A DNA stretch of 60,764 bases from Chara braunii (lineage: Eukaryota; Plantae; Charophyceae): contig BFEA01000028.1 of assembly GCA_003427395.1 (NCBI GenBank), forward strand, positions 122,110-182,873. Reading direction: 5' to 3'. Of the stretch, positions 26,578 to 39,292 are shown one piece after another. Below the pieces are notes generated by a model. It saw nothing but the letters and a program-made list of their open reading frames with translations, did not search any database and was not told the DNA's origin. Every line of letters begins with the position of its first letter. The stretch's first letter is position 1. The position numbers and the translations under genes were made by a program.

Positions 26578-27245
26578 GGTACAGATAGAGATTGCATGGA
26601 CTCCAGAATGAAAAGAACAAAATGCGAACAAATTGTAACTTTCAATGAAATCACACGGTACACATAGAGTAGTGCACAAGTACAAAATCACGTTCGTCTC
26701 CGGTGGGTAAGGCACCCCGACCGGTTTCGACCGCCGCCACGAGGTCTCCTCAGGGGGAATCCACCCAACTTCACCCGTATGCATATCCTGCCTGCCACAG
26801 TCCCGCTTCCGTCATGTCTACTCTGATCATCTCCGGAGATGGTGGAGTTCGTCAACGTCAGACCAAAAAAAAAACATTGACTACGCTGTTGCTGTACTTA
26901 TCCTCGTCCCGTCGTAGCCTAGTGTCGTATGCTGTAGCGTTACCCCGGTACCCGAAAGACATAAAAAAACTCAAAAAACGAAAAAACTCAATCAGGTCAC
27001 CTGTTCGAAGCCTGTGGTACCCAATCACACTTACTGGTCCTACTCCGAAAGCCAAACTGCCTGTTCAGGTCGCCTGTTCGAAACTTGATACTGAGTCGCC
27101 TCCCGAAATCGAACTACCGGTTTGGGTCGACTGTTCGAAACCATACCTTAGCCTCTGCTAAAAACACTACTGGTTCAGGTCGTCAGTTCGATCCCTGATA
27201 CCGAAATTCTTACCGACAAAACTCTCCGAGACATCCCTGTCCCTA
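26578..27245 (-). repeat. 3' pseudo-LTR of the PLE
   Basis: Direct repeat of 31848-32515; internal TCAGGTCNCCTGTTCGA subrepeats. Confidence 0.9.
26702..26765 (-). ncRNA. Minimal type I hammerhead ribozyme
   Basis: CCCC-CTGAGGA-GACC(loop)GGTC-GAAA-CCGGTC-GGGG: CUGANGA and GAAA core, stem II, palindromic mini stem III ACCGGT, GUC cleavage site after 26719. Confidence 0.88.
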
Positions 27246-27341
27246 CATACATCCCATAGCTCTCTCAGGTTCAGTATGGAGTGCCCCACAAATATTCCCT
27301 ATCCCTGATTGCATGTCCTACACGCCAGTGAAAGCGTCACC

Positions 27342-27636
27342 ACTCCATCAGGCTAGCATTGCTGTAATCAAGGATGACAAACCACACCAGACCAAACCAC
27401 ACAAAACGACCTTGATATACAACTAATTATACAAGTTAACTAACTGACCACACTTCTCATTCCTCGCCGCAAATCCACTGTTGCGTAACTCCATTAGGCT
27501 AGCATTGTTGCAATCAAGGATGACAAACCACACCACACCAAACCACACCAAACAACCTTGATATACAACTAATTATACGAGTTAACTAACTGACCACACT
27601 TCTCATTCCTCGCCACAAATCCACTGTGGCGTAACT
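27342..27636. repeat. Tandem duplication (2 x 146 bp) spanning the PLE ORF end and 3' UTR
   Basis: ACTCCAT(C/T)AGGCTAGCATTG...GCGTAACT repeated at 27342 and 27488. Confidence 0.9.
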
Positions 27637-30491
27637 TTCCAAATCTTCCCTCTCCCTCTGCTGAATCTTTTCAAAGTCCTGTTCACAAATTTGTCTGGGA
27701 AATCCTTCATCTTCAGTTCTTGGCTGAGAGTGAACACTCTCCATGGGATCTAAGTTCGGATCGAAGTGTTCGCATCGATCCTGTGTAGGTGACTCGCAAT
27801 CACCGCACTCTTTTGTTGTTCCCCCCCCCAGGACAGATAACTTTGTCCGTTATTGAACTCGAGATCCCTCTGCTCCCATACAGCTTTTTCGTTCTTGGAC
27901 ATTTGGATGCAGCCCAAGTACGGGTAGCTGTTCTGCGACTTCATTTCCAAACCGAGGAACTCCCACTTGCCTGGTCTGTCGTCGGTACGCTTCATCTTCA
28001 GGTTTGCGGGGTAGCAACTCTCAAAAGCGTGAATGAGATCGTCCACACCCGCACCCTTCTTCCTCCTTTCAATGATGATGCTGACGTCGTCCATCAACCT
28101 TAATCCGCGCACTTGGTTCCTCCTCCTACCCAAAGAGTTCAAAAACTTTTATTCTGAATATGCGCACATGATACAGGCTAACGGTGGGCTAGTGCTTTTT
28201 CCCATCGGAATACCGATGGTTTGTCTCAGCAGTACCCCCGTAACACTGACATATGTGTGTTTCAGATCCACCTCCACGAAACTCCGAACATCCTCCAACC
28301 TCAACTCCCGCCAGTGGTCCATTCCCGTAGTCTTGCCAAATGAGCATCCCCTTCCTCTTGTGTTCACTCGTATCGAATGTCTCCCTTTCCCCACATAGTA
28401 GTCGATAATCCAATCAACAGACGCCATGATGTCGTTGTGCGGCAACTTGCTGAACATTCCCTTAATATCGTAGGACATGACTGCAAGTTGTACCTCCCTA
28501 CTTGTCCTCCGATCGATCCCTCGATTGATCTTCTCGATCGTGGTTGCGACTTCGCTAACCGTCCGGGTGTCAAAGTGTCACTTCCTCGGTAGACCGAAAA
28601 GCATGTGGTTCAATGCTTTCACGACACTTTTTCCAGTCTTCGTAGTCGGATCCGAGTAAGATGGGCAGATTGGTCTGTACTGATCCATGTCCTTGTGTTT
28701 CGGTTGCACGTAGACTGCTCCGAATGATCCCTGATTATCGACCTTGGCAAACTTCGTAATACCTTTGTCCTTGAATGTTGTCTGAACGTCCTACCTCACA
28801 TTCACCTCCTTGCTTGTGGTAACTTCGTAACCAGGGTTGGTGACAAATGCCTCCATCATGGCTTCGTAGTACAGATACGGACACATCACCAGTGTCTCTC
28901 CGGGATTTTTGTCCATCGACGTTTGAACCAAGACTTCTAACCTGCCCCGTAACTCCTTCACGTCCGCGATGTCCAGACACTTGCTGTTCACGATCTCGTT
29001 GTTGCCCACTATACATCTCCTGACTTCCTTCTGTGATACCACCACTTCGTCCGTGTTACGCTTCTTCGATGTGTTGAAAGAGTCTTCAATCTCCCTACAT
29101 AGTAGCTTTAGGCGGTCCGGATGCTGTGCTCTAGGAATGTTCCCTGCGTTCAACAACATAGGATGCACGCCATCCAACTCGTGCAGGCGAAATCGTACGT
29201 GCTCCCTAGTCCTCGGATAAGGGAGACCTGCACATGTGCAGGTTGACACAACCGCCCGCACATAGTTGCGTTGGTTGTGTATGAGATCAGCGACAGTTGG
29301 GTTCTTGACCCAGACTGTCCTGATCTTACTTCTCGCACGTTGAGCCATACACGTCAAAAAGTCGAGACTCTCGATCTTGTCGTTAACAACCTTCCTTACC
29401 TCCGCTAGGCTCACTCGGTCGTCGAACTTGACGCGAACGATTAAATCTGCTCCCATCTCCCAACCACACTTCTCCTTGATCACGCGTGATATGATCCTCC
29501 TCAGGTAAGATCTTGTTGACTTCCTCTGAAAGTCTTTAGCCGACTTGTACAGTCTGAACCTTTCTTCTTCCTCCAGATCTCTAATCGCTTCCATCCTCCT
29601 CGGGTTGCGCAACAGCTTCGTGAGCAGTATCTTGTCCGGTCCAATCCTTGGGCCCCATTTACGTAGATATTTGACTTCTAATTCTTCACCTTTCTCGATT
29701 GCGCTTTTGCATTTTGCGAGCGTTGTAGATACTCCATCGACCACAATTGCCGATCTGTCGAAAGCGCTCTTCACCTTCTTCCAGCTGTCAGCCCTGCAGT
29801 TCCCTCCTGTCGATTGTAACGAAAAGCTTTGAGTACCCTTCCTTTCCTGATTGTTCAATTCACTAAGGATGCCCGCATGCCAACTGTCTGACTGCTTAGT
29901 CCGAATGCGTACGATCTGGACCGATGCCCCATCATAGCACTCGACTTGCGTACTTCCGTTTGCTCTTTCGTTCTTCCCTTTCCGTACGTTATTCTTTTTT
30001 CCCGACTTCCTCAACCTCCCACTGGTGTTCAGAATGAGCGACCACTTCTTAATGTACACTTGTTCCAAGTGGACCAGCTCCTGCTTCTCGCCTTCGTCGA
30101 CGGGCAACAACACATAGGATTCAAATCCAAAGATGCGCCACCACCTGTACAGGTGAGTATTCTTCGCCTTCCCTTCGCATGCTGAGAGATGCTCCCTCCA
30201 TCTGGTGTTAGCATCTCTTCTCGTTTGCCCTATATACTGGGCTTTACATCTCAGAGAAGCTAAGACATATACACCTGTGTGCTTCTTGATGAAGTCGATG
30301 GCGTGTCTCTTGAACAAGTTTCCCCAAGCCGTGGTATACTTCCTTAACTAATTGATCCGTCCTTCTAAGCTAAGTAGAATGACCGTAGCGCGATACAAAG
30401 TCTCCAAATCGCTGTCAGATCTCTTCTGCTGTTTCCGTTGGTGTATGATCCAACTGCACAACGCCCATAGCACTGGGCCTTCCGAAGGTAG
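27603..30491 (-). pseudogene. PLE GIY-YIG endonuclease + reverse transcriptase, single frame with in-frame stops
   Basis: GVYVL...YIGQTRR...RWREH; CTC...H; MDKNPG; PKHKD..YRPI; SYDIKGMF; GIPMGKSTSPPLA; RLMDD; stops at 30348, 28791, about 28580, 28149, 27750; no frameshift. Confidence 0.92.
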
Positions 30492-31694
30492 TCAGTCTGT
30501 TGGTTCCTCTTCGCTGGACACTTCCTCGTCAGTTTCCTGTACATCTACAGATGCAATTGTAACTTCAGTTTCTTTTTTAACTTCGGATCCCTCCGGTGCT
30601 CCATAAGCATCGACTGCTCGCTTTTCCGCAATGTTGATCGCCGCTATAACTTTGTTGCCGTATTCGACTTCCTCCTGCTTACAAAGCCGCTTCAGGTCGT
30701 CCGCGTTGCATTCTGCTAACTCGCGCACGTTGTCAGCAACGTATTTTGTGCGTCCAGCGGTTCCGATCTTTGTTGGAATCTTCACTTTTGGCGTGCCTCT
30801 CTTGGGTGTGTACTTTATCGGTGTCGTCTGTTTTCGGCCGTCATCTTGCTTCCCATGACCCTTTGCACCCTTGGTCGTAGTTACTTGCAGCTTCGCAGCT
30901 AGCTTTACTGGCTTCACCGCTGTCTTCCTTGGTGTACGCTTTGCGGGAGTAGTCATCGAAGGACTGTTGTCAATTCTCCGATCTGGGCTTCTCTTTCGTT
31001 TCTCCGACAGCTTGAGACGCTCCGTCTTCGCGCGGATCTCCTCGATTTCGCTGCCTCCCCACCCACTCGAATAGGATGCGTTTGATCCCATAGGTGAGGC
31101 CACTGGTTGCTTGCCCTTAATCGCGGTCTTCAATTCCGCTATTCTTCGATGGAGATTCTTTTCGCGTTTACGTGCCGCTCGTGCCTCCCTTGCTTTCCTG
31201 TCTTCCTCTTCTCGTCTCCTCTCTTTTTCCTCCCTCCTCATCTGTTCCTCCTCCCTCCTCGCGTTCTCTTCCCTCTCCTGTTTCCTCCTTGCCTTCTCCT
31301 CTTTCTTTTTGTTTTCCTGCTCGATAAATTCCCTGAAAGTTGCGACTGTTTGTCCCAGCGTTTCGATCTGCTTCTTCGTCGCCTCGTCCACGGGGGTGGT
31401 GAAACCTGGTCCACCCGATGCACTAGCGCCGCCTCTCTAACCACCCTCCCCGCCTCTCTTCCAACACTGATTTCTGTAATGTCCTGGCTCCCCACATTCG
31501 AAACAAGTCGGCGGCCCACGTCGGCTATACTCGCTCGGCCCGCTTGCCCGTTCACTCCTATGTTCTCGATAGTAGTCATCACGGCTTCTACCTCGGTGTC
31601 GATATTCTGGGTCTTCGCGCCTTCCGTCCCGACCTCTCTAAGTCGTGTCTCTGCCAAGATCGCGATGCTCGTCCCCATGACGCCTATCCGCCAT
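30492..31694 (-). pseudogene. PLE upstream region: Arg/Asp-rich segment, CCHC zinc knuckle, coiled coil and basic tract (Gag/ORF1-like), in frame with EN-RT
   Basis: ATG at 31694; CFECGEPGHYRNQC at 31464-31505; E/K/R-rich coiled coil; two TAG stops (31638, 31437). Confidence 0.75.
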
Positions 31695-31847
31695 CCTCGC
31701 TAATTCGCCTCCCTTGTTAAGATAAGTCCACGAAAATGCCGATACCTCCTGATATCCGTGACTCAAGTTTGATAGGTAACAGTAACTCTTACATGCTCAC
31801 ACACGCCCAGCGATCGTCTCCAGGCAGGTTCACATGCGCCTTCTGTT

Positions 31848-32515
31848 GGTACAGATAGAGATTGCATGGATTCCAGAATGAAAAGAACAAAATGCGAACA
31901 AATTGTAACTTCAATGAAATCACACGGTACACATAGAGTAGTGCACAAGTACAAAATCACGTTCGTCTTTAGTGGGTAAGGCACCCCGACCGGTTTCGAC
32001 TGCCGCCACGCGGTCTCCTCAGGGGGAATCCACCCAACTTCACCCGTATGCATATCCTGCCTGCCAAAGTCCCGCTTCTGTCACGTCTACTCCGACCATC
32101 TCCGGAGATGGTGGAGTTCGTCAACGTCAGACCCAAAAAAGACCATTGACTACGTTGTTCCTGTACTTATCCTCGTCCCGTCGTAGCCTAGTGTCGTATG
32201 CTATCGTAGCGTTACCTCGGTATCCGAAAAACATCAAAAAACGCAAAAAACGAAAAAACTCAATCAGGTCACCTGTTCGAAGCCTGTGGTACCCAATCAC
32301 ACTCACTGGTCCTACTCCGAAAGCCAAACTGCCCGTCCAGGTCGCCTGTTCGAGACTTGATACTGAGTCGCCTCTCGAAATCGAACTACCGGTTCGGGTT
32401 GACTGTTCGAAACCATACCTTAGCCTCTGCTAAAAACACTACCGGTTCAGGTCGTCAGTTCGATCCCTGATACCGAAATTCTTACCGGCAAAACTCTTCG
32501 AGACATCCCTGTCCC
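31848..32515 (-). repeat. 5' pseudo-LTR of the PLE
   Basis: Direct repeat of 26578-27245. Confidence 0.9.
31972..32034 (-). ncRNA. Minimal type I hammerhead ribozyme, second copy
   Basis: Same core as 26702-26765; one C-A mismatch in stem II. Confidence 0.85.
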
Positions 32516-34053
32516 TATATCTGTATTCGGTTTCAATGCATTTGGACCACTAACAAAACACTTGGCAAAAAACACAAAATTTGGAAAACAAATTGGCGAA
32601 CTCTGACAGCTACGGTGAGAAATTCACGGAAAATGACACCACCTATTAACCATATGTGTGCAGTACCGCTTATTGTGTCCATTGGATCCTGGGGCTGTGG
32701 CCTTTACTCTGTCTGTCCGAAAGCTCCTTTCATTCCCATAGCACCGAGCGCTAACTTGCGCTACAGACCAGTCGGTGAGGCCCGGCTGCACTCTGGAGAC
32801 TAGGGCAGCGGCGACCATCGCTGCCCTTGGTCATCCTAACTTCCCGTTAGGTTGCTTTGACCGAACGACGGTGTATGATTCACCTGGCAGATTAGACGAT
32901 GGCATGTGGGTGTTTGGTGCGTAATAAGATATATGGCGGTGCGTTTCTTACAAGTGGGGGCGATAGCTTCAGTGGCACAACCACAACACGATGCGGACGA
33001 CTCGTTATTCACCATTTAGGAGGGCGGTGTACGATTGTGAGGGATTGTGGAGGCTATGTCAGCGAAGGGAAGGGATTGGCGCGCGGTCGAAGGGGGGGCG
33101 ATGGCGTTGCTGACCTGGACGGAAAACTCCATGCAGGACATGCTGGAGGTCATTTGGGAATTGGAGGAAGGGCCCGATCCCCGGCTGGAAGACCTCCTTG
33201 ATTGGTGCCAAGCAAAAACCCTCATGCAGCGGTGTTATGCGATCTTTAGGGAGGGGCAGAATTTGTACGATGCGATCATGGCGCAGACTCTTATGATGAC
33301 ATCGCCTAACAACGACACCGGTGACCGTTTCGTCGACTATACATACATCTGCGGCGGTGACACTGACAACAACGACACCAACAACAACGACAACAACACC
33401 GGCACGCGCGATACCAAGGATACAACTACATCAGCAAAGGTGTCGACAGGGGCAGTGGCGGCGATGGTGACAACAAAGACTTCGATAACAACCACAACAA
33501 CGACAACACATGTGAAACACGCGACAATAACGACAACAACGACAATACTTACGCCAATGGTGTTATCAGTGGCAGCAGAGGTACAGTGACACCGACAACG
33601 TCAACAACGATGATGACATATAAAACAATAATGACAACAACAACGATACTTCTTCGATTACCCCCTCTAGTGGTAGGGGGTTTTCCTTTGCATTTCCAGT
33701 CTTTTGTTGGCATTCGGATAGGGGTGGGTTAGCTGTTGACTAATGGTATAAGGGGATTGCTGGCCTGTGGGTCCCGAGTATGATTGCCATGCACTAGAGA
33801 GGCTAGCTAGATAGGTTTGTGGTTGATAATTAAGGACGACATAAGACTGTGGGCTGTTGCCCCCTCCACTAAAAATGAATTGAGATGTGATTTGCGACAT
33901 ATTAGGGTTAACAATGCAGTAGGTTAATCCTCGTCTGGTATGGGGAAGCAATCAAAGCCTCTGCACAGATGATAGATATATTCACGAGCGGTGTCTGTTG
34001 GGATGGCCACGAGGCCTATCTTCATGTTTGCTATGTTTTCATATCATTGTACA

Positions 34054-34145
34054 GGGACGCTGCACCCGATTTCCAGCAGGTGATGCTCCCCACCAATAGA
34101 TGGAGCCTTTGTTTTCTCAAAAAAAAAAAAAAAAAAAAAAAAAAA
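34054..34145 (+). mobile_element. Retroelement 3' tail: pseudoknot module closely followed by poly(A)
   Basis: Module 34054-34106; A-run 34119-34145. Confidence 0.75.
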
Positions 34146-34429
34146 GACTGCCTGTATTTCCCACCCTATGGTCAAGCTCTCTTTTGCCGCTAGCCCAGCC
34201 AGCTTCCTGGCTGGCCCCCCTAACTTCTTTTGACCGACTGTTTCGTTTAGGTAAGGGTGAGCCATCATTATGAAATGTTTTCGGGCATCTGAACCAATAG
34301 GAGAATGGCTTTTCAGTTTCTGGGAGTTCATAGACCAGTGGGAGGGTGGCTTTTCATTTTACAGAAGTGCATGGAGCAATGGGAGGATGGATGGCTTCTC
34401 ATTTTCTAGACATGCATGGAAATCCCCGG

Positions 34430-36923
34430 TGTGACGTCCAACCTCACGCCCAGCGCGACTTCTTGATCGGAGTAGGATGTGGGCCTGGAAGTGCGAAAAG
34501 GGGTGTGCCAAGGATTTTTGGGAAAGTGGGGGAGTCTTAAGGGTATGAACGCAATTAGGCGAATAAGGGGCGCGTGCGCAAGGGACTCAAGGTCCGATGG
34601 GGCCGGGGCACTGTGGGCGACGGCTTACGGGGAAATCCCTCCGCGGTGGAGGTGGTCCCGAAAAGTTAGGCCGTCAGGGGCCGCCACGTGGCACATGCCG
34701 CTGCGTACTTGGGTTGGGCCTTCGGAATTTCGGAGTTCTCTGTTCGTCGCTGCGTCGGCAATTCACGCAAAACGTGCTGGGCCAATAGGGGGCTATGGCC
34801 GGCCACGGAACGACGCTGAGTTGATGATACGGGAGAAGAAGGCGGAAAGGAGGGAAACTGGTGGTGATCTCAACAAATCCCGGGTGGGTGAAATAGTAGG
34901 TGTGGNNNNNNNNNNNNNNNNNNNNNNNNNNNNNNNNNNNNNNNNNNNNNNNNNNNNNNNNNNNNNNNNNNNNNNNNNNNNNNNNNNNNNNNNNNNNNNN
35001 NNNNNNNNNNNNNNNNNNNNNNNNNNNNNNNNNNNNNNNNNNNNNNNNNNNNNNNNNNNNNNNNNNNNNNNNNNNNNNNNNNNNNNNNNNNNNNNGTATC
35101 GCAGCCTTATGAGTTCGTTTATCCAAGGGGTGAAATAATCCGGGTCGTAGGATGAGTCTGAGCTCCAAGATCGCGTCATGGTATCATCGTAGATGGGACA
35201 GCTCGGGTCGGGTTATCGTCACCACGCACGGACACGTGTAGGCCAGGCGAACTTAGTTGTGCCTCACCGCCGCGAATCTTTTTGGGTGGGCAAATTGACG
35301 CATGGGAATCCGTGTAAGGGTGCGACTCGGATCGCGTTTACACGTGTTCTCGTGCGGCATTCGCGGGGCCAGACTTCAGATCGTCTAATTGCTTCGTAAG
35401 TTTCGATTATGCAAGATGCAACCATATCACAACCCCATCGTGAGACAAGCAAAAACGAGAACAAAATCGCTATCGGGGCCAGAGTCTTATCCCATCTACA
35501 GCGGCATCAGGTGCAGGCAAGGATTCGACACAAACAAAAAGCAAGGACAGGGATTTTTTGCGAAAAGATAGACAAGCAGGCATAACCTTCATACATCCAT
35601 ACATTCGACAATCATACACATAATGCAATCGCAAGGACAGGTGTGAACAAAAACCCAAGTCCAGATTCCAGAAAGCCGAAACGAAAATAAGAACGGGCAA
35701 ACCGCCCGGAGCCGCAATCAAAATGTATGTACATAGATGAAGAGGGGGAAGAGACAAAGAAACAGCAAATCTGCGTCCATCGACCTCAACTCTCTTCTCC
35801 TCTCTCTCTCTCTCTTCGATGCGGACAGTCCGTCGTCGCGCACCAACCCACGAAGTTGTCACCCCGCTTAGTCCTCCCGCACCCGTCGGATTCGCCCGTG
35901 CCCATAGTTCGTCGTGGCCCACGTCAATCCCGCGCGTTCGGCACCAGCCCGTCGGGTCGCCCAACTCCTACTCTACTCACCTCTTACTTCGCTCGTGTGC
36001 CGACCCTTCCTGATCGCGCAACCCCGAGCTTCGGACAACGGGTTAAGAGAGATGACTAATCGCGCATTCGAAATTTATAGCGTGCATGCATGCGCGAAGA
36101 ACACGGAATTACCAGGACTTAGAGTGGGGATTAGAGAGCGTGCATGCATGCGCGAAGAACATGAAATTACCAAGACTTAGAGTGGGGATTAGAGAGGGAG
36201 CGCCTGCGTTCTGCATGATCGGCCGAGGTTTGGGGGACGTAACCCTTCTCTACGCATGGGTCCGAGCATGCAAGCAGCGACTTACAAAAATTTCAGCAAA
36301 AGAAAGAGAGGGAGGGCGGGAGAGACGGAGTGCAAGAAGAAAGATACAGTTACAATGTCGCCCTCCCAAAATTACAGTTACACACACGATTAAGGGCGCC
36401 CACTAATCAGAGTACCGTTGCGGCCGCATGAAGAAGCGTGTAGACAAAAGGCGCCGCGCGGCAGGAAAAATCCTCATCACCGAATTCCTAAATTCCTATC
36501 TAATGCGAAAAAGCAAAAAGTACAAATTCCAGAAGGAAAATCCGAAATTCCGAGAGCCATCGGGGCTCGACAAAATTCGAAAAATACTAAAAGAAACTTC
36601 AAAAGAACGAAGCAATTTCCCACGCGATGTCCGCGCCCAAAAGATCGAAACCGAAACGAAAGAAACGTCGTTAATATTTATTAATTGCGCGTGGTGGCGC
36701 GCCAGACATCCATTCGACCAATCAATCAACCGTCCGTCCCAGGACACACCCAGCTCCGAACCCAGACATCCGACAAGAAGCGACGAAAAAGGACAAAAAG
36801 CAAGGGTACTGATGCAATTTTCCACCGATCCCGATCTCCCGTAATTGGCCCAACCTTCCCAGCTTAGGACCCCTCATTGCAATCGCGCAGAAAATCGCGC
36901 GTTACAGAAAGTGGTTCGTCACA
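34430..36923 (-). repeat. 3' LTR (about 2.5 kb)
   Basis: Direct repeat of 45406-47922; carries an extra ~59-bp tandem unit at about 36080-36200; gap 34906-35095. Confidence 0.95.
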
Positions 36924-36932
36924 TATGTGACG
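36917..36932. promoter_or_regulatory. 16-bp perfect palindrome CGTCACATATGTGACG at the PPT position (LTR-junction-like att site)
   Basis: Straddles the inner boundary of the 3' LTR; no purine tract on the element strand. Confidence 0.6.
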
Positions 36933-37159
36933 CCTAGGGGGTTCCAATATTAGCAAGCTCCTGCTTGCTTGTTGACACGTGTCGATTTCTCTAATCGATC
37001 GACACGCGGAGCACTTATGTCTATGTCACTTACTGTTCAACTTCGTTTGGACATCATCCACGTGGCAACATCGCTCTTCTACTACTTCCTCAGATTGGGT
37101 TCTTGACGATCCAAGGACGGATTCCTTCTCGTGCCGACGCCGCGTCCATTACCGCTGCA

Positions 37160-37610
37160 TCAGTAATTAACCGGAAGGGGGAAAGGAAGGCGGTACGCGT
37201 ATGAGGGAGGGCGAGGCGGCTCCATCGTGAGCTCAGGTATGAAGCGCCCGATCGCGGTGAGGTCGTAGGGAAGCTCTTGAAAGCGGACGATGCGATGGAA
37301 GCGGGGGAATCGCTGGCCGCGGCGGGGAAGAGAAGCGAGGTAGTCTGGGTAAAGGGAAACGAGGGTTCGGAGGACGTCGGTGCGAAACCGATCATGGTCT
37401 TCACACGTGGGAAAGGTCCCCGTAACGATGCAGTAAACCTCTATGTGGTTATGGCCTCGCCACGCGGCGCTAAGGAGTAGAACGTGGAGGGGTTAATCGG
37501 GGACAGCGCACCGAGCGGAAGGGTGGGGGTGGACAGTCAGCTCTAGGCGGGCGGAGTAGAAATGTCGGAAGGTGACGATGGGGAAGGGATTACGGGGGAA
37601 GACGACGCGA
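37160..37610 (-). pseudogene. Gypsy accessory ORF4, unknown function
   Basis: Protein-like frame VFPRNPFPIVTFRHF...PD*PLHVLLLSAAWRG...LPVNY* with one internal TAA. Confidence 0.45.
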
Positions 37611-37637
37611 TGGAAATACTGATTGAAAGAGAGATAG

Positions 37638-39292
37638 CTAAGGGGATGGTGGTATATGGATCGGGGACGAAGGGCGAAGCCCCTCATTGACACGTTGACG
37701 AATTGGGGGACGGGCGGAGGCGGAGGGGGACGGGGATCGGGATCGGGGTCGGCGCCTTGTCGTCGCGGCGCTCGAGGTTGTGGCAGCAAGGTCTCCATAT
37801 TTCGGCTTGGGAGGCTCGGGATCCTTGGAAGGATCGTTCGATTCGGAGTCGATCACCGACCGCTTTCCCTCCGCGACCTCTTTCTTGCGCTACGCGGCAG
37901 CCTCAGGGTCCTCTCGTCGATCCGATCCTGGCACCCACCCGAGCTCGTCGTCGTGCGTCGGCTCTTGGTCGTCTCCGCTTTCCCCTTCTTCGTCGTCGTC
38001 TTCGTCCTCCTCTTCACTTGGCTCGCCCTCATTGTGCTCGCTATAGGCTTTCTCCTCTTCTTCCAAAGTCTCCTCCTCTGCTTCCTCTTCTTCTTCTTCT
38101 TCTTCAGCTTCCGCCGACTCTTCTTCTGCTTCACGTTCTTCTTCCTCGTCCTCGGCCAACCGGACCGCTAATTCCCCGGCCTCTCTCCTCAATTCTCCTT
38201 CCGATTCTTCTTCTGCCTCCTCTTCCGCTCTCAGCGCCGCCCACTCGAGCGCCGTTGGTTGCCGAAAGAAGCGGGGATTAGTCAGGCTATGGATGTCCAG
38301 GTACTCGTTGCGAGAGGGAAAACGACCGTCCGCCCAGCGCTCCTCGATACAAGCCGACCACTGGAGGCTCGGGGCGAGAGTCCTTGAGAGGGTATATGGC
38401 ACGGGCTCTTCGTCGCTCTGAGAGATGATATCGAGGGGGAGTTCATCGGCCAGTCACGCGATCACGATCGTAAGTTCGCGCACGATCTGTGATCAGTTTC
38501 CCCGATCCACTGCTCCAAAGATGAATCCCAGAAGGTCTCCCGCTACGTTGGTCTTCCACGCCTGAATGACGAGCAGCTCCACGGTCTCTGACGCGGGCCT
38601 CCGATCGCCTTCCCACGTCCAGTTCAAATCCACTCGTAGCAGGCAGAATGAGACCTCAACGAACTCTGAACGCCACAACCTCCAACGATCCGGATCAACG
38701 ATAGGTACTGTCAGCGGCTCCAGGCAGAAGGAGAGACAAGGATAGTGAGAGGACTGCCAGAAGATGGGGAAGAGAGAGGGAGGAGAAAACGTCGAGATCG
38801 GCGCGCGGCTCATCTGTGCGGCTGGAAGGGAGCAAGTTCTGGGAGGACGATCGGTGGCTCGCGCAGTGTTGTGCGCAGCGTGTTGACGTCGATGCCGTCG
38901 ACAGGGTAGCACTCGTCACCGTGCCTTGTGGGCCGTCGATCCCAATCAGTGGCCAGATCGCGACCCCACCGGTACAAGGTGCTTTTGATGGTGGCTTGCC
39001 GCGCCGGATCGAAGGCGATGATGTCGCCGCTGAAGACTACCACGGTAGACACGTGGCTAATTCCTGGGGCCGCTCGCCGTTGGAACACCGTTGCCTCGGC
39101 CAGCACCACCACTTGGGGGTTGCTCGTGAACCGGAACTCTGTCGCGCCGTACACACCCTCAGTGCAGAAAAACTGCGCAAGGCGCATGAAGTCAGGGCTG
39201 ATCCGCGGATGATGCACTTGGCGGATGGCTGAGATCTCTCCCCGTGGCATCAGCAACTGATCACTGAAAGCTCGCTCGATGGCGAAGCTCAT
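37638..39292 (-). pseudogene. Gypsy accessory ORF3 in the env-like position, with acidic Glu tract and RS/P-rich tail, unknown function
   Basis: ATG at 39292 overlaps the INT stop (ATGA); continues through ORFs 38810-39331, 38493-38912, 37890-38402, 37638-37856 with frameshifts and stops. Confidence 0.65.

Larger units (their letters stand above)
26570..32515 (-). mobile_element. Penelope-like retroelement of Naiad/Chlamys layout (GIY-YIG N-terminal to RT), apparently full length
   Basis: 13-bp TSD TATATCTGTATTC at 26557-26569 and 32516-32528; direct pseudo-LTRs; hammerheads; GIY-YIG and PLE-type RT motifs. Confidence 0.92.

Noticed and set aside
26703-27161. Duplicated 152/153-aa ORFs (26703-27161, 31972-32433) and duplicated ORFs within the Gypsy LTRs
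   Set aside because: Incidental frames inside terminal repeats; the duplication reflects the repeat, not protein conservation.
27603-31694. Alternative genetic code (TAA/TAG=Gln or TGA=Trp) to explain the in-frame stops
   Set aside because: All three stop types interrupt ORFs, each is reachable by a single transition, and genuine ORF ends use TGA and TAG; decay is the simpler explanation.
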